DNA of 64,000 bases from the human T2T-CHM13v2.0 reference genome, Homo sapiens, in the NCBI RefSeq assembly GCF_009914755.1, contig NC_060926.1. One strand, written 5' to 3'. Every line of letters starts with the position of its first letter. The stretch's first letter is position 1. Positions 31,000 through 43,330 of this stretch are shown here, in pieces. The position numbers and the translations under genes were made by a program. The notes under the pieces were generated by a model that was not told where the DNA came from, did not search any database, and was given only the letters and a program-made list of their open reading frames with translations.

Positions 31000-31680
31000 T
31001 ATATGCTTAGTATTCCAGCTTATGGGTAGGTCAAACATTCTCCTGTTGCTTCTGTTAGGTTGTTTCTAAATATTTTGCTATCATTAATAATGCTGAAATA
31101 GAAAACTATACTGTGTAAATATTTAAATATTCCTACAGCTATTTTCAGATCTAAGAATCTGAGCACACGTTTAAGCCTCTTGAGAAATGCTTCCAAACTG
31201 CCTTCTGGAAAGACTTTACTTACATGCTCGCCAGCAGCGTTTAAGAGAGCCCATTTCACGCCACTCTTGCCAACACAGAATATTATACTTTTTAAAAAGC
31301 ATTGCCAATTCAATAGGAAATTCTAGCTTAATGTTAAATTTGTATTTCTTTTCTTTCCAGTGATGTGTATACTATACATTATATTTATTGGTAACCTATA
31401 TTCCTCCCTTTGAAATTGTCTGCTCATGTCTTTTTCCTGTGTCTCTGGTACAGTAGGGCATTTCATCCTATGCATTTGAAAAATATCTGCCTTTAAGAGT
31501 GTTAAACTTTTTAATTTCATCCCTTATATATGTACTTTAGAAAAATCAAGCGCCTCATTTTCTTTTTGCATTTTATTTATGGATGTTTGGGACTAAATAG
31601 TTGAATCTTTATAAAAAATATTTAATTACCAGGCTTTTCTCTTTGGTACATATCTTGCCTTATGTTGACTTCCTTTATTG
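31000..31680 (-). mobile_element. Old L1ME-like fragment
   Basis: Degenerate antisense L1 ORF2 3' motifs. Confidence 0.5.
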
Positions 31681-32534
31681 CTTACTAGCCTAAACTGGGA
31701 TGTAAGAGAACACTGAATTGCAAATAATAATAGAAAACTTTTATATTTGAGTTTTATTTAATACAAAACACTCTCATACTAAAATTAGTTAACAACCACA
31801 TAGAAACAGATGGCTTATTTTTTTACATTTAATAATTTAAAGACACAATTAGCTAACTATGGCCTACCACAGATTTTTATTTGGTCCACAAGCTGTTTGG
31901 GAAAGAAAAAAAGATGTATGGATACGCAACAGAGACAGTATATAACCCACAGTGACTAAAATATGTACTGCCTGGTCCTTTACAGAAAAAGTTATTCCTA
32001 TGAAATGTATTTTAGTGTATATGGGGAGAAATAGAATACAATATACTTTTTCAAAGAAATCTATTGTACCAATGGAAATTTCAAAGAAACCAATTGTCCC
32101 AATACTGTGTATTAAATCCTTCTATTTTTCAAATTTGAAATGATGCTCTTCAATTTAAGAAGAAATAGAAATGGCCAGTTTGCATATAAAAATGTATAAT
32201 CTATCTAATTACAATGAATTGCAAACTAAATTAATAAGTTGTCATTCAATCAGATTAGAAATGATAACGGGTTTATTATATATCATTGAAAAAATGTGGG
32301 GAAATGTCAACTCTGATTTTCTTGATGGAAATGTGAGAGCAACCTTCTTGGGGACAATATTACAAAAACTGTCAAAGTTGAATTCTATAAGAATCTTTGA
32401 GTCAACAATTTAAATTTCATGAATCTATCTATAGAAACTCTCAGAGAAGTTCACAAGACAAAATGTATATAGCTACTTCTTGAAGTATTGTTCACAATAG
32501 CAAAATAACACAAAACTCCTACATGCCTATCTGT

Positions 32535-33131
32535 GCAGGATAGGTTACTTCAGCAGACCCGGATTGCTCAAACCCTGCACAATCCCAAAGAAAGGCCTCC
32601 TTTCAAGGCTGGCCCTTGGCCAGAGACTAGGATATGAACTCTGAGCCTTTGCAATAGTCTCTCTGGTAAGAGCACTTTCATATGCCTGGGCCCATGGGCC
32701 ATGCAGTCCCGGTTTCACCAGTTTATGCCAACAATGGGATATATGATTGACACCTAGTTTTGTTCTGAGGGACTGGAGTGTGATTAGCTGAAGCCAGTCA
32801 TACAAGCACTCTCTGCCTACATAACTGAACCACAATAAAATCCTAGATACCAAGGCTCAGATGAGCCTGCCTAGTAGCACTTTGCATGTGTTGTCACACA
32901 TCATTGCTGGGAGGATTAAGGACATCCATGTGACGTAACTGGGAGTTCAAGTGGGAGCTTGCACCTGGTTTCTCTTGACCTCACCCCATGTGCCATGTGC
33001 CGTCTCCCTTTGCTGATTTTAATTTGTATTATTTCATTGTAATAAATCATGAGTATAACAGCTTTTCTGAGTCTTGTGGGTCCTTCTAACAAATCCTCAA
33101 GCCTGAGGGTAGCCTTGGGGATCCCCAACAC
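32535..33131 (+). mobile_element. MER21-like solo LTR
   Basis: GTTGTCACACATCATTGCTGGGAGGATTAAG; TATAACAGCTTTTCTGAGTCTTGTGGGTCCTTCTA; internal AATAAA. Confidence 0.75.
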
Positions 33132-33299
33132 ACCATCAATGAGGAATTTTGTTTAATTGATATCATGGCACAGGGTATAGCCATTGAAAGAAATAAAACA
33201 AATATATGTGTATGAGCATATGCTCATCATAGATGCCTACGATATACTGTTAGATGATCAGTTAGTTGCAAAATATGACCTTACATCTTAAAAAGCTAT

Positions 33300-33525
33300 C
33301 TTGGATTGAGCATTCATGATGCGCCAGGTCTTACCTAAGTGTTTTACATGTATTACCTCATTTGATCCTCACAAAACCCCTGTAAATACTATTATCACCA
33401 CTATTTTAAAGATAAGAAAACTGTGGCACAGACAGGTTAAGTAATGGATCCAAGATCATATAGGCAGGTTTTGAAACCAGACTGTCTTGTCTCAGCGCCA
33501 GCACTCTTAAGCAATGCACTATGCT
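33300..33525 (-). mobile_element. MIR
   Basis: ATTTGATCCTCACAAAACCCC...GATAAGAAAACTGTGGCACAGACAGGTTAAGTAA. Confidence 0.8.
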
Positions 33526-34349
33526 GCCTCTCTCTCAAAAGTGTGCATATCTGTAGGTGTATTTGTAATATACCTCAAAAAATATATTAATCGTTTCTTC
33601 TCAGAAGTGAGATTACAGGATGAAAAGATGTGGTCTTGACTTTGAACTTTCAGATATACTGTGCTTCCTATATAACAAGCATGTAACAGTATTAATATAT
33701 TAATGATATAATTTTTGTAGATTAGAAGATCTGCCTTATCACATGGCAAGTTTGTATAGATACAAGGGGGGACTATTTCTGGTTTTTCTATTTTCTTTCA
33801 CTGATCAGCCCTTGTACCTTTCTGTTTTAATTTAGTATCTTCAATTTAAACTTCATGATAATTCTGATTATACTACTTCCCCCTCTCCAATCTCTGCCCA
33901 AACTCTAGGCTACTTTTGCATATTTACTTTTCTAAATAAACTTCACTATCACTCTATCAAGTTTTCTAATAAAATTCCATTGGTGTGTTAATTGCAGTTA
34001 TATGCACAGGTTTCACATAAGAGTATAGCCTCATTAATAAAAGAGAGTATCAATTCAGAATTCGTGATTTCAAGGGGGCTGGCTCCTAGCTGACATCTCT
34101 GTGTGTAAAGAAAAGAGTTGACGGACAAACTGACCAGTGTTGGTCAGGTATTCCAAATAAACATATAAACTAATGGGAACAGCTACATCTAAGCAGCTAT
34201 GAGCTGCTCTTTTAATTAGAGGACATGATGAATTATATATCAATATCAGTATCCACAGGCCCTCTGAGGGCCTCACCAGAAGCAATTGAATCCATTCATG
34301 CAACATGCTCACCACGTGCCTACTATGTGTCAGGACTGTTCACGGTGCC

Positions 34350-34545
34350 TAACTGAGTAACAATCTGGGCTTCATTCCTGTCACTTACCAGCTGTGTGAT
34401 CTTAGGCAAGCACCTAACCTCCCTGATCCTCACTTTTTGCATCTGTACAATAGGAATAATAATTATACACATGAAAATATACACAAGAACCCAACGAGAC
34501 AACACATGATAAGTCTCTAGGACAGGGTAGGTTTCTCAGAAATGG
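34350..34545 (+). mobile_element. MIR
   Basis: CACTTACCAGCTGTGTGATCTTAGGCAAG...CATCTGTACAATAGGAATAATA. Confidence 0.8.
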
Positions 34546-34983
34546 AAGGGATCATTGGTACCAGTGCCACACAATAAGCCTATTTCAAAGCTGTAGCTTA
34601 TTTCCAAAAAGAAAAAAAAAAAACTCTAAATAATACTCCTTTTATTTCCAGCGTTTTCAAATCAGTGATGTCTTCATATATCTGAATTTCCCTTATTAGG
34701 CCCCTCATATCCAATGCAGCGCTGTGCAGAGAATAAGACAAGCAGGGCGAGAGGGAAAAGCCCCCAATGCTAGAATGGGAAAGAAAGACCTAAGCAAACA
34801 GCCTAGACATGGGCCCGGCCATCTTGACACAGGCACATCCCCTGCACTCTTGGAGAGTCAAATGCTGATCCCAAGACTGTGCTGAGAAATCAGATGTTGC
34901 TGAGGGGCTGAACAGGGGTCTGACAGCCAGGTCCTCTCCCCTGGGCCCCTCCCTCCCTACCCAGGTTGAGTTATCGCCACATA

Positions 34984-34997
34984 GTTGCCATGGCAAC
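34984..34997. promoter_or_regulatory. Perfect palindromic RFX X-box
   Basis: GTTGCCATGGCAAC in unique sequence. Confidence 0.55.
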
Positions 34998-35560
34998 CTT
35001 CCATCAGAAGCACACCACCTCCAGTTCCTCTTCACACTGCAAAATGTCTAGGATGCTTTTTGAAACTGATTTTGTAATATCTGTGTTTTGTATGGGAGAT
35101 GTGTGAGGGACAGAGGGGGAGTTCTGGTTGTTAATCTGTGGCTCAGCAGATTAAACAAAAAACCACCACAAACACACACACAATACTGAGCTAAGACAGG
35201 CTATGCTAATGGAGAAGTAAAACATTTTGACAGCCTCACTCAGCTAAGTGTCAAACACTTGAGGGAAAAAAAAAAATTGGTTTAAAAAGGGAAAACCAGC
35301 AACAAAGTACAAACAAGAACCTAAAAGGAATGAATTAAAGGCATTCCAGGTGTACAGAAGGACCTTCTAATGCTTCTAATAAAAAGGAAAACGCAGGCTC
35401 AAATGAGGTTTACAGATCTTGGACTGGGGTGGCTAGAATATGTCAAGGGGGACATGGCAGTTCCGACATTCGCAGGCAGTTGGGAAGGGTCCTAGATAAG
35501 CACAGCTTGTTAATTTCTTGCTATGTTGCTTCTAAACCTTCAGTTTTCAGCTCAACTTTA

Positions 35561-35770
35561 GGGTTCCTCAATCTCACACTAATGACTTTTTTTTCTTGTT
35601 CTGTTTTGTTTTTGTACTGTAATGACATTTTTGAACATTCTTTGCTGGGGGGCCTTCCTGTGCAATTAGGTCTAGCAGCATTCTTGGCCTAGTAGCACAC
35701 TAACCCCCAAGAAGTAGTGACTACTTCAAGACATTGCCAGACGTCCCCTGGGGGGTACTGCTGCTCTACT
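35561..35770. mobile_element. MER20-like DNA element
   Basis: TAGCAGCATTCTTGGCCT...CAAGACATTGCCAGACGTCCCCTGGGG. Confidence 0.65.
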
Positions 35771-36702
35771 GGAAAGGGTATTTATCCAGGCCCACTTTAC
35801 AGATGAGAAAACTAAAGCCCAGAAAGGCCAAGGGTCAAATCCAATGCCAGAGCACTGAGTTAGTGGCCAAGATGGTATTACATGCCATGGGAGCTATTTC
35901 TGGGTTCTTCGTGTTCCATCATACTGAGCTGGTATGTGCTGGGCCTTGGCTAAAGACAATAATATTTTAGCTCAAAATAAATGTTACCAAAGGCATATTT
36001 TGAAGAACTGAGCACCACTTGATCAACAGTATATTAGGAATACCTGAATGAGAAGCCTGTTACATTTCATGGCCAACCATATGACTTTTCTCCTATAATT
36101 CCATTCAGAATAATTCAACAAATATTTATTAAGCATTTCTTAGGCATCTTAAACATTATTTAAGCAGAGAAGATTTCCTGCTTTAGTGTATTTGTGGTGC
36201 CATGAAGAGACAGTATGACAAGTTCATCAGTCACCACGGTACATGTAGGAGCTAAATTCCACAAGAAAGTTTCCAACAAAGTCATATGGAGGCTCAAAAG
36301 GGACAAAATTCACATTTGTCTGGAAATCAGAGATACCATGGAGGAAATAGCCCTTGAAAAGGGCTTTGCAAGATGGCAAAAGCATTCCAGAAAGAAGTGA
36401 TAATACCATGAAGGTGGGAAGCAAGGAACCACAGATTAGGACCAGTGACTTACCCAATTGCCTGGGACTCACGGAACACAGAGCAGGCAATGAGCTAGCA
36501 AGAAAAACCAGAGGCCATAGAAGGGAAGGCTTTGTGTGCCTCTCTGGACACTGGTTAGTAATTTGTTCACCAGTAGGAACAACTGGGCTTTCAAGCAGAT
36601 AAGTGATATAAATGAGGAAAATTATTTCAACCATAACTACATAAAATAAATAAATCAGACATGGGATGGACTGCAGTGCCATCACTGACTATGTCAAGAA
36701 GG

Positions 36703-37390
<688 letters not shown>

Positions 37391-37916
37391 AGAAGGTTTC
37401 TGAGGCACAATCTGGTTAAAAGGAGAGAGTACCACAAGGCAGTCTGTCATTCCTGGCCTAGAGCACTAAAGACAGAAAGAGGCTATTATATTGGTCTAAG
37501 CAAAAGATACTGCAAATGCTGGCCTGGGGTTGGAGTGGCAGGATTAGGACAGGCCAGGACAAATACATGAGATGACAGAGACATGAGCGGTTGGGAGGTG
37601 AGGGAGGAGGATAGGAGGAAATGTAATCATTATCTTCCAAATCTTAGTGACTGGCAGAATCATGTTGCCAAGAGCAGAAACCCTGAGGCGAGAGGAAGAA
37701 CTAATCCTAGGGAAGGATAGGAATTTTTAATGTCATGCAGACTCTTAATACAAGTTCCATAAAAAATTAGAAAGATGGGAGCTTTTGCAAAAGATCAGGT
37801 CCACAATTTAGTTCACAAAGAAAAGCAGACTACAGATTCTGTACAAAGCTGGCTCTTCAAGGTCTAACCATAGATTAGATCCCTATAGAAGAAAAGAGTG
37901 AATAAGAACAGTCTTA

Positions 37917-38220
<304 letters not shown>

Positions 38221-38274
<54 letters not shown>
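38221..38274. repeat. (TA)27 microsatellite in the Alu tail
   Basis: Direct, uninterrupted. Confidence 0.98.
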
Positions 38275-38277
<3 letters not shown>

Positions 38278-38494
38278 GGACTGTTTTAAGATGCAAAAGT
38301 AAGAGGAAAGATGAGAAAATGAAGTCTCTAAGGAATTTCTCTTTCTCTAGGTAGAAGAAGTAGAAAAGACAAACATAGGCAGCAAAAGTTCAAGTATGAC
38401 AGAAAGATCAAGTCAGATGGGGCATGAACAAAAAAGCCTGTGTGCCTCAAAGCTAGGCTTGGTTTTGATGAGGCAGTAGCACAGCAGAGGAGGA

Positions 38495-38700
38495 AATGGG
38501 CTGCTCTCTGGAGTCAGACAGACTCGGTTCACAGCCAGGCTTTGGCATCTGCCAATTATGAGACAAGGGACAAGTTACAAAGCTGCTCTGTGCCTCATTT
38601 CTGTCAATAAAATGAGGATAATTCCATTCTCTCCATGTAAGTTGTAGAGAGGTTGAGCATGTAAAGCACTTAACTTAGTGCCTGGTACCATGAACAATAA
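38495..38700 (+). mobile_element. MIR
   Basis: CTCTGGAGTCAGACAGAC...GTGCCTCATTTCTG...GTAAAGCACTTAAC. Confidence 0.75.
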
Positions 38701-38914
38701 TTCAAGACCAGCTCCTCCTCCACCCTCACCCAGACTGGAGGACCACAAGGCAGTGACTAGGTGAGAAGGATGGGGCTGCACATCTCCAGCTAGTGCTTTT
38801 GGCTGACTGATTGGATATGTCATGGCATGAACATGATAGAGGAACCAGCCAAGGAGAAAATAGGATTAAGGTGGAGGGGGAGAAGAAGTGGGATGACAAT
38901 TTAACACAATATGA

Positions 38915-39101
38915 CAGGGATCCACCAACTCTTTCTGAAAAGGGCCAGACAGTAGATATTTTAGGCTTTGGGTGCATATAGTCTTCGTCAGAACTACTCA
39001 AATCTACCCTTGCACAGCAATTATGTAAACAAATCTCAATAAAACTTTATTTACAGAAACAGGCAGTGGTTGGCCCATAGGCCATAGTTTGCTAACCTCT
39101 G
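38915..39101. mobile_element. MER58A-like DNA element
   Basis: CAGGGATCCACCAAC...AAGGGCCAGACAGTAGATATTTTAGGC...TTTGCTAACCTCTG. Confidence 0.8.
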
Positions 39102-40643
39102 CAATAAAAGATGGAATAATGCCAAGCAGGGCAAATTTTCTTCAATCCCTAACTCTAGAATAGTTGCTAAGTTTAGAGAAAAGGATAAAAGAGAGATGAG
39201 AAACATACATTGAACAAGTGAAACCAAATTTTAAAGAATCTCAGCCAGAAGAATCTCAAGTGTGCCAACTGGGTTCACATGTGTAATGTGTCATTGCTGT
39301 TGATGGAGAAGGGGACAGGAGGAAAGACAGTGAGATTGGCTTAAAAATATGAAAAGGTCTCATGGAAAATAACAAGCAAGTTAAAGAAACATCTAAGTAA
39401 AAACATTTATGAAAATCCATCTACATCGAAAATTGAGACAATTACAGTCTCTGACTCCTTGCTGAGATTTCTGTGTTGACTGGAGAACAGGAATACTACA
39501 ACCTTATTTCCTGGTGACAGGGACTTGTTCCCAATGCTCAGTAGACGGCTCTTCTATCTGTTGGCTCTGTGCATCCCTGAGCCACCCCCTCAGACTCCCA
39601 CCCAACTCCAAAATTGCCCCCTTAAAATATCTCCTACTTCCTTTGCTAAAGGAATAGCAATTCATCCTTCTCTATCCCTCTTCCATCAATCATCAGTTGA
39701 GTTACCATTTGAGGTATCTCAGAGTGACAAAATCTTCTAAGATCCTTGGACTAACAAGTATTATACTAGAGGGACCAGAACAAGCATTCGATGCCGCTAG
39801 AGTCCTGGAAAATGCCTTCACTAGAATAGAGGAGACACAAAGACAAATGACTCCCGTCTTACCAGAATGTCATTAAAGTCTTTACCAGGGGAGATAAGAC
39901 AAGGAAAAAACCAATAAGCCCATGCAGAAAGAAATACGGAAACCCAGACACAGATAAAGGCCTTCCAGCTTCAGAGAGCAGAGGGTGAGTACTTGTAGCC
40001 AGGAGCAAGGAAAAATGAACAGGGGATCTCAGCCAGCCTTGAAGCAGGGGCAAGATCGGCAAAAGTGGGGATTGGAAAAGAGTGTTCCAAGTGGAAAAGA
40101 CCGTGTGGGTGTGGACACATACTCGAATCAGCAAGCAGAGACCCCATGAACAACATTCGGGGTTGACACTCATTGGGGAGACAACAGAATGGTCCTGCTG
40201 GTTGTTAAAATCCCCCAAACCCTCCATATCAGAAGGTATATGGCTGCTAGCTGGCCCTTCCTCTCCTGCCTCATGCATCTCTGCTACCCTCATCCTGGCC
40301 ACCCTTCCTTTCCCTTCCCCCATGGAACTCTCAATTGTCTCTGCAATCCAGTCACTAACACGAGGACATGTGGACCAAGGGTCTGCCAGGACCTGGTCTA
40401 GCACTAAGTGCATTGTCAGGGCTGTGTCCACCACACCACACCAGTGATCAGAAGTCTGTGCCTTTCATCACTGGGCTCAGGCTGGCTGGCAAAGACCAGG
40501 TACAGGCACCAAATCTAAAGGTGCTTTAATGGAAGGCTGCTTCAGAAATCCAGACTTGTTTCTACAGTCCACAAGAATTACTTGCAAGGTTTTGTTAATT
40601 TATTTACTTGCCAAGGTTTCTTTAGGGAAAACGTAAACATGTA

Positions 40644-42235
40644 CAGCAGCTCCTATATAGTATCTTTCGTTCAATGTCATTTAATTATCATCGAAACCGC
40701 CATTGCAAAATTATAACTGAGACAGTGAAAGAGACTTGACCTAACCAACTTCATCTTGCTTCTAACCTCCAAGCTGTCCTTGTTCTTTCCTGGGCATAGG
40801 GTGAACTGACTTTGGGATGAACTTAGTTTATAGTTTAAAGTTTAAAACAAAGACCATAACAGCCCTTTCCCAAAACAAACCTCCTTCTTGCCTAGGGACT
40901 AGACTGCCTTTGTAGCACTAACAAATTAGCCAGAAGATTAGAAATTATGATTTAGGAGTCATGCAGCTGGAGGCTACAAGATTCTGACCCTTCCCAAATT
41001 GCTCCTGGGGATTATATTACTATTATAAAACCTAAGATCAGTGCTTGATATATTTTGCAGATTCTGCACTTGATGGATCAGCTGGTACCATCCAAATCAA
41101 TAAACTGGCTCCTCTGGTCTTGTGGTCCCCACACAGGAACTGACTCAGGGCAAAAGGACAGCTTAAACTCCCTATGATTTCATCTCCAACCCAACCAACC
41201 AGCACTTCTGACTCACTGGCCCCCCACCCACCACATTATCCTTAAAAACTCTGATCCCTGAATGCTTGGAAAGACTGATTTGAGTAATAATAAAACTCCA
41301 GTCTCCCACACAGCTAGCTCGGACTGAATTACTCTTTCTCTATTGCAGTTCCTCTGTCTTGACAAATTAGCTCTGTCTAGGCAGCAGGCAAGGTGAATTG
41401 TTGGGCGATTACAAAACATTGATGAGAAAAATCATCCAATTCCCCACCAGGGCCACTGTCTGTGTGGAGTTGGCACATTCTCCCCACGGCTGCATGGGTT
41501 TCCTCTGGAGACTCCAGTTCCCTCCCATACCCCAAAGCTGTGCATGTGAGATGAACTGCCAAGTCTACATGGTCCCCACTCATACTACATGAGTGAGTGT
41601 GGGTGTGCCTGAGTGTGCCCTGAGATGAGATGGCATCCCATCCAGGGCTGGTTCCCGCCTGGCAGCCTGTGCTGCCAGGATGGGCTCCAGCCATTCTCAA
41701 CCTAGAACTAGAATAAATGGGTTGAAAAAATGAATGAATCAATAAATGAATGAATAAACATAAATTATTGTAAAATAAAAATTCATCAAGTCTACTATAA
41801 TCATACAATTTCACAACAATATCCGATGCAGGCTGAGTGTGCTCAGTGAGTCCACCCTACTTGTGATTGTTTTTGAGCTGCTTAGGGGTAGGAGGTGCTC
41901 CTGATGATTTTTGCTTTGCAAACACTTATTCCTTAAATGAACCCACCACCACCACAACCACCATCACTCACCAATTCACCAAAAACTGGGTAAATAATTC
42001 TCTTACTTGTTTTCTCTTAAACTTTCTTAAATGTATGTGCAGCTCACATTTATTTCAATGTTAAATATTAGAAGTGTTTTGGGTCTTTATTTGGAAGTTT
42101 GATGATGTATTTGGAAGTTTGTAACAAGAAATATGCCTTTAGGAACTCAGCTCTTGCTTATATCAATGAGCCTGTGGTAAAATTGGTAAGGTCAGTTTCC
42201 AAGAACCAATCAACAATGTGAAGTGGGACTTAATG
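40644..42235 (+). mobile_element. MER6 (Tigger-type non-autonomous element) split by LTR8
   Basis: TA|CAGCAGCTCCT start; GGCCACTGTCTGTGTGGAGTTGGCACATTCTCCCC core; AAGTGGGACTTAATG end. Confidence 0.8.
40692..41413 (+). mobile_element. LTR8-like ERV1 solo LTR
   Basis: GAAACCGCCATTGCAAAATTATAACTGAGACAGTGAAAGAG...AATAATAAAACTCC...TTGGGCGATTACA. Confidence 0.85.
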
Positions 42236-42329
42236 TGCATGGCTTAAAAAAGTAAACTGCACAAAACAGGGTTAAGTAATCTTCCAAAAATATTTGATGA
42301 ATATTCATCCTGTTTGTTTAACACAAATA

Positions 42330-43330
42330 GAGACGTATTAATATATACATTGTTTTGCCTCTCACCTTTTTAAAAATTTACCAATGTACTTTGGAATTTG
42401 TTCCGTATCAGCAAATAGACACATACCTCATTATTATTAATAGCCGCAGGATATTCTATGCATTATATTACTCTACCGTAATTTATTTAAGCAGTGTCCT
42501 ATTGATGGTTATAGAGGTTATTACCCCTTTTGCCATTACAAAACATGACAGCAAACATGTTAGCAAACTGTGTGTCAGACTTTCTGCATGCACATCTGCG
42601 TAAATCTGCAAGATAAATCCTAGTAGAAGTGGAAGACGTCAATCAAAGGGCATGCATCATTGAAAGCTCCTGAATGAGTAGGAAAGTCAAGAAAAGGGGG
42701 CTGGCAGGATCACAGACATCTGTGTTATGGTGGGAAATCTGGATAGAAGAGTCAAGAGGATTAAAGGAAGGAGATGATGGAGAAAGACCATTTAGGAGGC
42801 GCTAGCAATGTGCTGGCAAGAGAACCTGAATGAAGGCAGGGGTAATGGAGAGAATACAAGGAAAAGGATTTAGGACCAATACAGGAGAAACCACAGAGGG
42901 AAAAATTAATTGTTAGTGCCTGATGGTATGGGGACAGGAACAGAGAGCAGAGCAAGTGGGTAGGACAGTGAGGAAAGGAGAGGGGAGAACCAAAGGCTCC
43001 TACAGCGTTTCCAAGCCTGAGATGTCAGGAGGACACGGGTGCCAAAACAACACCCTCACCACGGGAGATGCTGAATTGAATGAAGGTGAGCTCCATGGTG
43101 CATGTGGTGACCTTGAAATGTTTATGGGACAACCAGGTAGATGTTTTTAACAGTGGCTGAAAATGTGTCATGGAACTCAGAAGGGACAGGAATGGGAACA
43201 GACCTTTAGGCACCACCCACAGAGGTGATGGCTGAAGCCTGGAATGGGACAAGGCCACCCAGGGAGAGAGGGGTACAGAGCGCCAAGTGCCACTTCTCTC
43301 TCAGTTCACCAACATTTAAGGAGGAAAGGG
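42330..43330 (-). mobile_element. L1ME-like fragment (to ~42660) followed by an L2 fragment
   Basis: Degenerate motifs only. Confidence 0.5.

Noticed and set aside
39859-40447. 191-aa and 121-aa ORFs
   Set aside because: Non-AUG starts, no recognisable domain, and overlap with L2-like sequence.
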